Shown here: positions 24,266-36,114 of the stretch, piece by piece | Layout of the letters: each line of letters begins with the position of its first letter | How positions within the stretch are numbered: position 1 is the first letter of the stretch | Assembly (NCBI RefSeq): GCF_963921235.1 | Contig: NC_086097.1 | Span: 11,284,001 to 11,348,000, forward strand | DNA: 64,000 nt | DNA from: Mobula hypostoma | Taxonomy: Eukaryota | Reading direction: 5' to 3' | The notes under the pieces: generated by a model | Seen by the model: the letters and a program-made list of their open reading frames with translations, nothing else | Told to the model about the DNA's origin: nothing | Database searches by the model: none | Program-made: the position numbers and the translations under genes

Positions 24266-26384
24266 CGACATCTCAACAGTTCTTCTCACTCACCAACAAG
24301 GGAGGGAGTGATATTGCTCCTACCATAGGGAGAGGGGAAGCCAACAGCTCGCAGTTTCAATGTTACAATCTGCAGCGTCGGTTATTCAAGTTCCCCTGAC
24401 TCAAGAGTCAGCAAACCCTCTCTCACCGTCAAGAGAAAGAGGTATGTGCACTCAGCAGGTTGAAAGCAAATGAATGTCCAAAAGGAAGAAACTCACCTTC
24501 CACTTTCTTTAAGTTTGGTTAGAAGTGAAGTATTTCTCTCTCAGGCAGCAGTGCTTAAGCTAATCATCTGGTAGACTAATCATTATCTGAGGGATCCTGT
24601 GCTGCCTTTATACGCATGAGCCAGTGGGGGTTAAAAAGAACGTACAATATTTGACAGTGAAGAGCTGTGGGATGTCTCAGGGATGGAGAATTTATTAGAT
24701 AAATGCAAGGGTTATGGTTTGAGACACATCTTGAGTATGCCTTTGCCAATGATTTACCACACCTCTTCCCTCTCCATCAACCAACTCTTCCAACCCAGTC
24801 TTGTATGGTGGTGGCAGATTCCAACATCAGCTGCCTCTGCCTCAAAGTCATTCAAAAACACACACTCATTAGTGTACATTTCAAAATGCTCAATACTGGC
24901 TGTTGTTCGATAATAAATATACAAGGATCCAACCCAGAACACTTGGTAGTCCTTCCCTGGTGGCAGTCATGGTGGAGGTAACGTCATCAGTTGTGTTTCC
25001 TGCACCAAAGTTGTAGATTGTCAGAGATATCACTGTGTGGCTGAAAATTATGTTAAGAACTCTACAACTCATTTATTCAATAGTTATTGCTTATTTGTAT
25101 TATTCTTTTCTTTTTGTATTTGCAAAATTTTTTGTCTTTTGCACATTGGTAATTTGTCCGTCTCTGTGGTGTGTAGTTTTTCATTTATTCTACTGTGTTC
25201 TTATTTATGTGAATGCCTGCAAGAAAATGAATCTCAGAGTAGGATACAGTGAAATATACAGTATTGTGCAATAGTCTTATATATATATATATATAGGATA
25301 AAATAGGAAGATGGTTGGGAAGCAGAAATAAGAGTACTTCACTTATGTTTAGCTCAGTAGTATTAGGTGTTATTTGGTAACAGGAAAGACATAATATACC
25401 AAAGTCTAATATAACAAAGACTTTTGCACAGTACTGTATGTACTTTGATAATAAATTTACTTTCAACTTTTTGAACTTTGAAAAACATTACTTTTCTTTT
25501 TTGTAGGCATTGTAAAGAAGTCAAATTTACCCAATCTCAATCCACTTTAAAAGCAAACTGCATTATAACTGCCTTGCAAACTCATTATCCACATTATAAA
25601 CAGCGCATTCTACCTAATGTGCTACATCTAGAAGGAGGATGTAAAAGATCCCACTGCACTTTTTTTTTAAAGAATGGAAGAACTGCACAATAAGAAGCTT
25701 TGTGTTCAATTCATTTCCTCGGAAAGCTTGCCCTGGGACCTATAGTTTTGAGATCTGTGGTAATTCTGAGATCTCTGGAAGAGCAAAGGAGTCTGAGAAT
25801 GATGGTTTGAAAAGTAGGTAATCTATCCTAGTTTAAAGAGACATTGAAAGATAGCCAGGTCAAAGAAAATGTTGCCTAGGATCAAATGATGTAGAAAAAA
25901 CAACAAATCAGGATGGCTCAGAGTAGAGACATCTGATGACTTGGACAGTACACAACAGCTGGTTGATCCTGTCTACTGAACAGCACACTCAATCATGTGA
26001 TGGTGCTCATCAATTTTTCAGTGCTAGTTGTCCTCTTGGCATGAAGTCAGAAAGTCACAAGTAAAAATCCATACCTGAATTTTGAACTCGAGGTGCAAGT
26101 ACATGATTCAATACCATCCTTTGCAGTGAGTATTGAACAAAACTGCTGATTTTCTGATTCACCAAAAAGAAAGAATTATTAACTCATAACTCATCTTAGT
26201 CCTGTCTGTCCTTGGTTTTCCAGTATGTGATTTGACTGTATAGTTAGTAAGAAAAGCAAGCCTGACCCCCTATTTTACTCCCTGTACAATCAAGACTGCA
26301 TGGTCAAATCCCGCTCTAACAACATTTGCAAATTTGTAGATGACACCACTGTTGTGAGCTGAATCTCAAATAACTGAGTATCGT

Positions 26385-27815
26385 TAGCAGTTTTGGGACC
26401 CTTATCTAAGAAAGGATGCGCTGACATTGGAGAGGGTTCAAAGGAGGTTAACGAAAATGATTCCAAGATTGAATGGCTTGTCAAATGAAGGGCATTTGAT
26501 GGCTCTGGGCCTGTATTCACTGGAGTTCAGAAAATTGAGGGATGACATCAGTGAAACCTATCAAATGTTGAAAAGCCTTGTGTTACGTACCCCGTAACTG
26601 GGTTGCCAAACCAGCAGAAATGGATCACTCAGTTGGAGTCTGGAGTACTAGAACTAAGAAAGTTTTATTAAAGAAACAAGCAACACAGTAATCGAAAGGA
26701 TAATAAATGCAACAGTTCAGTGATGATAAACACACATGTGCACAGAATTAAGATAACAGCATCAATCAAGCTCTATCGTTGTCTAGGGGTAAATGACCAA
26801 TTTCAAAATGACTCAAAGTTCAGTCCAGTTTAGTAGTTCAGTTCGCAGTAATCGTTGCCATGGCGGTGGACAACGTGGGGGAAGAGAGAGATAGAATAGG
26901 AACAACTCATCATTCAGAACGGCTTCACTCACAGACCAGCAAGATGGCTCACAGACCAGCGAGATGGCTCACAAACAGCTTTTGGGCGGGTCCTTGGTGA
27001 TGTCACCTGAGGTCACCGACTGTGACCCCTCCTCCAGATGCGGTCGATCCTCTGCAGTGAACCCGGCACCCAGGCAAGGGCAGACACACACCGGGTTCCC
27101 GCTGATCGTACCTTTCCACCCTGTGCGTTGTCCGGTACTTCTCACCACTCGTGAGAGGCGCACCGCTTCCAGGGTCTCGTTACCTCGGGTGGCGTGTGTC
27201 TGTCTTAGCGAACCTGTCCCTTTTTATCCCCCTGCTGGGGTATCGCCTGTCCATCACTTCAAACAGTTCAGGGTTCAAAGGGGGGAGCCGCTCCAGACAG
27301 CTCTCCCTCCCACATCCCTTCATTACACATCTCCAGACGCTGCTCCATTGTTCCTTATCTCTCCTTCCCCTGAGGGCAGGTGGCAGACCAACTGCTGATG
27401 CCACTGATGCTAGCCCAGGCCAGCAAACATCTTAATTTTATGTGTATTCTCGTAACACTTGATAGAGTGGATGTGGAGAGGATGTTTCCTAAGGTGAGCG
27501 AGCCTAAGACCAGAGGACGCAGCCTCAAAATAGAGGGGTGTCCTTTTAGAATGGAGACAAGGTGGAATTTCTTTAGCCAGAGAGAGGTGAATTAGTGGAA
27601 TTCTTTGCCACAGGTAGTTATGGAAGCCAAGTCTTTATATATATTTAAGGCAGAGATTGATAGATTCTGGTTTGGTCAGGGCATGAAGGGACACAGGGAG
27701 AAAGCAGGAGATTGGGGCTGAGAGGAAAATTGAACCAACCATGGTTCAATGGTGGAGCAGACTTGATGGGCCAGGTAACCTAATTCCCCTGCTATATCTT
27801 TTGTTCTTATGGTCT
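26385..27815 (+). mobile_element. CR1 LINE 3' end, interrupted by a solo LTR
   Basis: LERVQRR.T.MIP...ETYQMLKSL | DRVDVERMFP...FFSQR.VN continues across the LTR. A second copy of part of it lies at 12845-12945 (-). Confidence 0.85.
26581..27457 (-). mobile_element. Solo LTR (877 bp), 4-bp TSD CTTG
   Basis: TGTTACG...CGTAACA termini; CTTG at 26577-80 and 27458-61. Minus-strand AATAAA (~26664) and TATA-like gataaaaa (~27225) give the orientation. Confidence 0.88.
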
Positions 27816-28192
27816 CAAAGAAGTTTTTCACTGTATCTCAGCATATCTGACAATAATACATGTTTACCAATTTTAAAATGTGAAAATATAAGGATATGAA
27901 ATGAAAATAATTTTTAATGAATTACTTTAATTCTAAGAAACTGGCTAGGATTGTTATACCACCAAATCCAATTATCCTTACCTTATTTATTGAAATAGAT
28001 GTACTGCATATATTGGTAAGGGATTTAACATCAATTTAAAACTTCATTGACATCAGATCTGGCTAAAACTTCATTGAGAAAAAAATATACAGACATTTTG
28101 GATATAAAGGGCAGGCAAAACTAAGGGATCTTCACATAGTGTAGGGGAGCATTGGAGCTTTATAGATTCAAATGCCTTATAGCAAAGTGACC

Positions 28193-28625
28193 TAATGAAA
28201 GATAAAACAAGGTTAGATGGGAAAAAGATGCCTTCTGTTTTAGTCTAATCAGTCACTCTAAACTCTAAACCAGGAATTCTTTACACAATAGAATTGACTT
28301 TTGGGCTGTCCCCAGCACATTCTCTGACAGTGTTGGCCATTTTCACATTTTTACAATACATTTTGACGTTTCAATGTGCATGTAACAAATAAAGCTATTC
28401 CTTATTGCCATGGTGTGCACTGGCAATATGCAGAGGAAAGACAGACTCCGATGTAGAGACTGTGATGAAAATCTATTCATTATAATTCCAAAAGAATGCC
28501 AGTGGCTTGGCTGAGTAACGTCGTAAGAAGTAACATTCTCAAAACTAGGATCCTACGATTAGCACTAATCAAACATCCACTTAAATTATAAAAGTAACAT
28601 GGAATCCCTGAGCCAATCAAAATAA
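28193..28625 (+). repeat. Left arm of a diverged inverted duplication (partner 33742-34314)
   Basis: Continuous reverse-complement similarity, e.g. tattcattataattccaaaagaatgccagtggct vs agccactggcattcttttggaattataatgaata. Confidence 0.92.
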
Positions 28626-28864
28626 ACTTAACAAGCTTAAGCAGAAAACAACAGGAGACCACATTACAAAGAGCGAGTTGCTTGAGAAAAAAACACAAGG
28701 AACTCTAAACGACTAATGACTTTCTTTAAACAACAATTAACCAATTCAGCTGCTCTAAAAACCTGAAACGCTGCACTCTCTGGCATCCCACACAGGCCGA
28801 AGAACTCACTACACTTATCTTTATCTATCTGAATACAATACAAAATAAATAACAAAATAATTAA

Positions 28865-29440
28865 ATTGGGGGACCGTGTCTTCAAGCACCTCTACACCAT
28901 CCACTATAAGCAGGACTTTCTGGTGGCCAAACATTCTAAATCCCATTACGATGTCTCAATCTATGGCTTCCTCTTGTGCCAAAATGAAGCCACCCTCGGG
29001 GTGGAGGAGCAACATTTTATATTCCGTCTAGGTAGCCTCCAATCTGATGACATGAATATCAATGTCTCCTTTCTGTAAACAAATCCGACCCCCAGCCCTC
29101 CCCTTTCTCTAATCCCGCTCTGACCTTTCACTTCTTCTCACTTGCCTATTACATCCCCCAGAGTTCCCTTCTTCTTCCCTTTCTCCAATTGTCCACTTTC
29201 TTCTGTCAGATTCCTTCTTCTCCAGCCCTTGATCTTTCCCACCCACCTGGCTTGACCTATCACCTTCCAGTCAGCCTTTCCCCCCAAACCACCCCATCTT
29301 TTTATTCAGGCGTCTCCCACCTTTCTTCTCAGACCTGAGAAAGAGTCTCGGCCCGAAACATTCTTTTCCACAGATGCTGCCTGACCTGCATTTTGTGTGT
29401 GTTGCTTTGGATTTCCAGCATCTGCGGACTTTCTTGTGTC
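28865..29440 (+). mobile_element. Penelope-like element 3' end: GIY-YIG endonuclease C-terminus and pseudo-LTR
   Basis: ORF 28866..29078 GDR.F.HL...VA.H...EEQHFIFRLGSLQ...MNI, then a pyrimidine tract and a degenerate hammerhead. Confidence 0.85.
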
Positions 29441-32120
29441 TGGAACAAAATAATAGTCTTTGGTGATATAATTCACAATAACTCCTCACTGTGGTATCAA
29501 TCTGTGGGTAAAGAGGTTTATCCTGAGTTCTCCATTTTATATATCTTTGGGGACTACCTTTTGCAGGTGACATTTGGTCTTGCTCTTTCCAAGCAGAAAC
29601 ATTGCTTTTGTACATGTTTTATAAATATTATAACATTCAGCCTTCTTTTTTTCAATAAAGAGACCCATTTTGTTTATTCTTTACTTTTGTTTCAACATTT
29701 TTATGGTTATTTTAACAATAATTTCACTCCACTAGTTTGATTGAGTCAGAATTCAATATGTGTGACTGCAGGACATTTAGAATGTCTATGTATCTTACAG
29801 ATTTTGCAAAGATCTGGGTAGCTCCTCAGAAATACACTGCATAACTAAAATGACACTATCTAATAAACACAGAAAGCTCACCATATGTAACACATAATGT
29901 ACTCTTCTGGTGATGAGATTGAACTTGCTATTAAGCAAAATCTGGCGAAGCTCATTCAAAGCTCAGTCTCTAATTGGGCTGCAGGTCAGAATGACAGCTT
30001 AAAACATCTCTTCATTAAGTGTAATTGGTACGGTTGGTAAAATCATGTACGAGGCTGTAGACATTCTGAGGGAAGCTTCTCTTTGTCAACACCTAAGCCT
30101 TTGAAGCTAATTGAAAATCCAGGCAAAAGCTGCTTCAAACTTTTGGCAAATAAGAAAAGAAACGCTCTCAGAAGGCTTCCATTAGAGTAATAATGTGCCA
30201 TATTCCAGCTGATGGAAAACAATGCCTCACCCCCTTTTGCTCATTATTCGAGTTATTTGTTAAATAAATTCTCATAAAGTCTTAATTGAGCACATCTGCT
30301 GCACAGGATCTTCATTCGCAGAATGTTGTAAGCATGCTAATTACACAAACAGGGAAACACAATGGTGCAAACTTAAATATAGGTAAATGTCACCCCGGAG
30401 GCCTTTCATTTGAACCTGTATAAAGCACTACACCTGTGAAGAGAGGAAGGCTTCCTCAGACTTGCATATAAACCAGGGCACTCAGCAATTGTTAAAGCAG
30501 ATAGCAAGGCAGGTGAGGTAAAGTCAGTATTTCAACCTCTACTCAACTGTATCGTAAGATTTAATCTTTGTGCTTGCCAAATGTCTCACCACCACTGTGG
30601 CCTTGAACGTAACAGAACTTCGATGACTGCTGTGGGACTGCAACGCCACCATGGGAACATGGAAGTTAGGTGAACACGGAGTGGGACTGATAGAGAGTGG
30701 TGACGAGTGATGATTGGTTCTGATTTGGTGGTTCGTACTGGTGCTATGTATTGGTCCACATACCGCAGCATTTCATACCAATGCAAAAGGTATAAAATAG
30801 AGCAGTTGGGGGCCTTGGGAGTAGTTCTTTGAGACCTCACCTATGGGCTAGTTGTGAAGAGAGCCGTAGATTGAGTAGGAGCTGTGCTACAGTGAAAGTA
30901 TTTTAATGCTTGTTCTGTTCTGCCCAATAGAAGTAGTTTGGTAGTTCTAAGTAGATAATTGGAGTTTGTGTCTTTCAGCCTGACCTGGCAGAACCCAAGA
31001 AACAAAATATCAACCAAACTCAACATGGTGGGGAATAGGATGGGCATGGTGTAGTCGTAGTTATATTGGAATAAGGATCATAATCATTGTTTAGCTGGTA
31101 TTATAAGGACCATTGTCTTCAAACTACCAGCTAAACAATTTGAAAGCATGTTATAAGACAAGGAAGGATTACTAGTTTTAAAATTATTTTAACCTCTGTC
31201 CAAACGTAATTTACGTAGGAATGGACCATGCGCATTAAGTCTGCTTACTTGGACCTACATGCAGTAAGTGACCAGAAGTCCTAGTGTTTTGGTTCTATGA
31301 CAGATCTCTTCCAGATCCCAATTTCTGTCTGGAAGTCAGTAACGTATTTTATTCTCTGTCAGCAGTGAATGAGACCCAAAGCTTTCTACTGACACCTCCA
31401 GCATATTATTACAAATTATTTTCTACTTGTTAAAGTCCAGTACTTCCATTGAGACTGAATGTAGTATTGGCCTGCTAGTTTAGGATTAGGGACACAAAAT
31501 ACCTGTTAGACGATCCCAAGCCAGGCTGCGAAAGGAAAATGGTTGTGCAATACTCTTCGGCACATATATAAAGCAACGGAGCCTAAGATTTCTGCAAGAT
31601 ACTGTAGTAATTTTATGTATTGCACTGTACTGCTGCGGAAAAAATAAACCAATTTTGTGACCTATCTAAGTGATGATAAATCTGATTCTGATATGGGTCT
31701 CTGTTGTGGACTGAGAGTGGAAAGGGGGCAGGGAGAGGGGAATCATGGTTGGGAAAAGGGGAAGGGAGAGAAGAGGGAGCAGGGAGCACCAGAGAGATAT
31801 TCTGTATTGATCAATCAACCAGTTGTTTGGAATGAGACATCAGACCTTGCCTGGTGTCTCAGGGCTGGATGTCCGGATGTGCCCCCTCCCTGCTCCTGGC
31901 ACTCCTTCTCTGCCACCTGTCCCACATTCCCAGCATCCTTTGCTCATGCCAATTTTACAAACTCAGTTTCTGCTCCACATTGACAAATACAGCACCGTGC
32001 AAAGTCATGGGCACCCTAGCTATATGTGCCTAAGAGTTATGCACGGTGCTGAAACAGTCCCACAGCTGTCTCACTAGGAACTCTTGCTCTTCCACTGCAC
32101 TCTTGGCAGTGGAATTACAT

Positions 32121-32680
32121 GTGTTCATCCATCGTCGACGTCGATGAGGACCTTGAAACAATTATTATGGTGTTGAGACTAGCGCGTGATTTGGATTTAA
32201 GTGAGGGAGAGTTGCGCAGCGTCAGCCTCACTCTCTCTTCCCAATTCCCATCTGGGTCCACTGGCAAGACAGAGTCGAGACGGCTGGAGATGGGACTAGG
32301 CGCAGTGGATGACCAGGACGCCTTCTGTGTCTTGTCCTGCTCTACACGTTCCACGACGCTTGCAGAGGCCGCCTTCTTGACCGTTGGACCTTCCATTGGC
32401 CTTGTCCGCTCAATCCTCCGGAGTCTGTCTTCACATGCTGAGATAGACAACTCCCTATCTCACCAAGGGTTTGAGATCCGTCGGCTACCCTCACCTGGTT
32501 TAACCGGCTTGTCAAAGTCATTGCCCGGGGTGTGGCCGCTGTCGCATGCAAACAGCTACGGGGAGCCACAGGTGAGAGCTGAGTGCCAGGTGGGGACCAG
32601 AGGTGGACTAACCACCCTGAAAAGGACGCAACATGTTCCCCCACCAGAGGTGCTACCCCTCCCTGACACCCCATGCACCT
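32121..32680 (-). mobile_element. Short CpG-rich retroelement (RTE-type, non-autonomous), 9-bp TSD
   Basis: GAATTACAT at 32112-32120 and 32681-32689. gatg-type 3' end on the minus strand and an HDV-like fold at the 5' end. Confidence 0.7.
32487..32672 (-). ncRNA. Candidate HDV-like ribozyme, probably inactive in this copy
   Basis: P1 GGGGUGU/ACACCCC (7 bp perfect); P2 GCUCUCACCUG/CAGGUGAGGGU; P3 GGC/GCC abutting P1; L3 starts UCC with P1.1 GG. J4/2 reads UUAA where CNRA is expected. Confidence 0.6.
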
Positions 32681-32821
32681 GAATTACATACCTGAAGTCA
32701 GAACCACAGTTTCTCCTTATGTTGGTAGGACAAAAGACAAAAGTTAAGTTCAAGTTTATTGTCATCTGAATATGCAAGTGTACAACCTATTGAAACAACA
32801 TAGTGTACCTACAAAACATAT

Positions 32822-33086
32822 TGTCAGGAAATACAGAGGAGGCTTGGCCTAAAAGCAGAGCAGTGAAGGCGACTGAGCAGTAAACAATAACCTTACTAAT
32901 AAACTACAAAATAACAAGCCATGAGGGGACACAAAACAAGAGAGAACAGAAAGCAATCACAAGAAGCTAGGAGCAACTGGTTAAGGCCGGCATGTAGATG
33001 AGATTTGGGACTAAATAGGCTGCAGGTGATGCATCTGGAATGAGTGGCAGGTGAAGCCTACTAGGTGGGTGGAGACTGGCCTGACA
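32822..33086. mobile_element. Possible small solo LTR inside a minus-strand LINE tail
   Basis: TGTCAGG...CCTGACA termini interrupting a repeat also seen at ~52230-52530. No clean TSD. Confidence 0.45.
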
Positions 33087-33741
33087 CTTACATCACACAC
33101 AGCACATAAAGCAAAGTATAAACAGAGATAATAATAACATTTAATTGGAAATTCATATAGTGCGTGCAGCACTGGTAAACAGCAAAGAGCTCACTATTGG
33201 AGTGATAAGACCTCAGTACTGGCAAGGTGTTCATTAGTCTCACAACCTGGCAAACTTAGTCAGATGTTCCTGTACCTCTTTCCTGATGGTGGTGGGTCAA
33301 AGAGATTGTAGGGATCTTCAATAATGCTTCGAGACCTTTGTATGCAACACTCCCAGTAATTGTTACAAATAGGGGGAGGGAGACTCGAGTGATCATCTCG
33401 GCAGTTTTTACTATCCATTGTAGGGAGGTTTTGAGATTTAACAAGGTTGTTGATCCACCTAAAGGAGTAAAGCTTCCATGAAGGAAATGCACATGGTTGG
33501 CCCCCCCCGCCTTGTACTTTTGAGCATTTCTCATACTAAGAAAGGGAATATATTAGCTCTATAGACAGTGTCACTTAATTTGTTTCGTACAAATTGGGCC
33601 ACTTATTGCAATATTCACACAATAAAACTAGTCTATCATTCATATCCATGTCTTTAATCAGACAATACTGAGTTTAATTCCAAATCCTTTTTTTCTCCTT
33701 AATCTGTCTCATCTTCTGCTTTGAAAGTTACACTGGCCCTG

Positions 33742-34314
33742 TTATTTTGATTGACTCAAGGATTCCATGTAACTTGTATTATTTAAGTGGATGTCTGATC
33801 AGCGCTAACCGCAGGGTCCTAGTTTTGAGAATGTTACTTCTCGCAATGTTGCTCAACGGAGCCACTGGCATTCTTTTGGAATTATAATGAATAGCCTTTC
33901 ATCACAGTCTCTGCATCGGAGTCTGTCTTTCCTCCATATATTGCCAGTGGACATTGTGACAATAGCTTTCTGACGAAGGGTCTCGGCCTGAAACGTCAAC
34001 TGCACCTCTTCCTAGAGATGCTGCCTGGCCTGCTGCGTTCACCAGCAACTTTGATGTGTGTTGCTTGAATTTCCAGCATCTGCAGAATTCCTGTTGTTTG
34101 TGACAATAGCTTTATTTGTTAGATGCACATTGAAACCTCAAAATATACTGTACAAATATGAAAATGGCCAACATAGTCAGAGAATGTGATGGGGACAGCC
34201 CAGAAGTCAATTCTGTTGTGTAAAGAGTTCCCGGTGGAAGAAAATTTAGAGTGAGTGATTAGAATAAAACAGAAGGCATCTTTTGTCCATCCAACCTTGT
34301 TTTATCTTTCATTA
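33742..34314 (-). repeat. Right arm of the inverted duplication, containing a 128-bp insertion
   Basis: Reverse complement of 28193-28625, apart from the 33970-34097 insert and its TSD. Confidence 0.92.
33970..34097 (+). mobile_element. 128-bp Penelope pseudo-LTR insertion with a 16-bp TSD
   Basis: TTGTGACAATAGCTTT at 33954-33969 and 34098-34113. The insert starts at the hammerhead CTGACGA. Confidence 0.9.
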
Positions 34315-34762
34315 ACACGAGGAAATCTGCAGATGCTGGAATTTCAAGCAGCACACACAAAATGCTGGTGAACGCAGCAGGCCAGGCAGCATCTATAGGA
34401 ATAGGTACAGTTGACGTTTTGGGCCGAGACTCTTCATCAGGACTAACTGAAAGAAGAGATAGTAAGAGATTTAGAAGTGCGAGGGGGAGGGGGAGCTCCG
34501 AAATGATAGGAGAAGACAGGAGGGGGAGGGATGGAGCTAAGAGCTGGAAAGTTGACTGGCAAAAGGGATACGAGAGGATCATGGGATGGACGGCCTAGGG
34601 AGAAAGAAAGGGGGAGCGGGGAAGCCCAGAGGATGGGCAAGGAGTATAGTGAGGGACAGAGGGGGAAAAAGGAGAGAGAAAAAAAACCGAATAATAACAA
34701 TAAATAAATAAATACTCCCCTTCGTACCCCATCCATTATTTATTTATTTATTTGTTTGTTAT

Positions 34763-34805
<43 letters not shown>

Positions 34806-34840
34806 TTTTCTCCCTCTGTCCCTCTCACTATACCCCCGGT
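34315..34840 (-). mobile_element. Penelope-like 3' region, with a short inverted segment (34715-34835) and (CT)n
   Basis: Reverse complement of the 37690-38063 family. Confidence 0.85.
34765..34803. repeat. (CT)n microsatellite
   Basis: Directly visible. Confidence 0.95.
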
Positions 34841-34878
34841 TGTGAGCCTACAGAACTCCCTGCCACCACCTAGGTCTC

Positions 34879-35358
34879 ATAGAAACACAGAAACATAGAA
34901 AATAGGTGCAGGAGTAGGCCATTCGGCCCTTCGAGCCTGCACCGCCATTCAGTATGATCATGGCTGATCATCCAACTCAGAACCCTGTACCAGCCTTCCC
35001 CCCCATAACCCCTGATCCCTTTAGCCACAAGGGCCATATCTAATTCCCTCTTAAATATAGCCAATGAACTGGCCTCAACTGTTTCCTGTGGCAGAGAATT
35101 CCACAGATTCACCACTCTCTGTGTGAAGAAGTTTTTCCTAATCTCGGTCCTAAAAGGCTTTCCCTCTATCCTCAAACTGTGACCCCTCGTTCTGGACTTC
35201 CCCAACATCGGGAACAATCTTCCTGCATCTAGCCTGTCCAATCCCTTTAGGATTTTATATGTTTCAATAAGATCCCCCCTCAATCTTCTAAATTCCACCA
35301 AGTATAAGCCTAGTTGATCCAGTCTTTCATCATATGAAAGTCCTGCCATCCCAGGAAT
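34879..35358 (-). mobile_element. Young CR1 LINE 3' end
   Basis: ORF 34870..35361 has an uninterrupted IPGM.GLSY.ERL..LGLY..EFRRLRGDLIETYKI...FFTQRVVNLWNSLP, then a (tttctatg)n tail. Confidence 0.92.
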
Positions 35359-36114
35359 CATACCGCATGAAGCACCAGTAGCGTTATACTGTTTACTTTT
35401 TAACTTGTGTCATAAATGCACCTTATTATTTGTTAATTTACTGGTGGTAATATTACTTTATGTGTGAGTTATATGTTCTGTGTGTGAACCTTGGCTTGGA
35501 GAAACGTTGTTTCATTTGCAGTATAGGTTTGTACGGTTGAATGACAATAAACTGAACTTGAATGCCCCAGAAAAGCAAGGCAGAGACCACTTGTTCACCT
35601 TGCGTTACAAAAGACTTTGTTTTATTTGTTCTAACTTTCTTTTTTACGAAAATAAATTTATGTTTAATGTATGCTTTTCTTGTGAATGTTGCCTATCTGA
35701 TGCTCTACACCTAGACGCTGCCACAAGTAAATTTTTAATTTCACCATGCTGATGTATACTCAACTTTGAAATCTTTGTGTGATTCAACAACACTGTGCTT
35801 TATAATACCGCATTAAAGGTATTTTATAAATAGAATGGAATGTGATGAACTAAGTCAAAGCAGTGATAATGTACAAAATACTTAAGGGATGTGACAGGGT
35901 ACATGAGGAGATGATGTTTCTCATGGCTGAGGTACACAAACAAAGCTTCACAGTCTTAAAATAAGAAGAATTTCTTCTCACCTCTACCATTCAGGATAGA
36001 GATGAGAAGATATTTTTTCATGCAGAGAACAATGTACCTTTTAAGTTTTCTACCCACGAAGAGTTATAGTCAGCTACGGAGTATATTTGTGAGAGAGATT
36101 ATTAAGGCATTAAA

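Noticed and set aside
26964..27435. ORFs of 94-144 aa
   Set aside because: They lie inside the solo LTR and show no gag, pol or env motifs.
32119..32682. 187-aa plus-strand ORF
   Set aside because: It coincides with a GC-rich TSD-bounded retroelement read antisense and has no protein motif.
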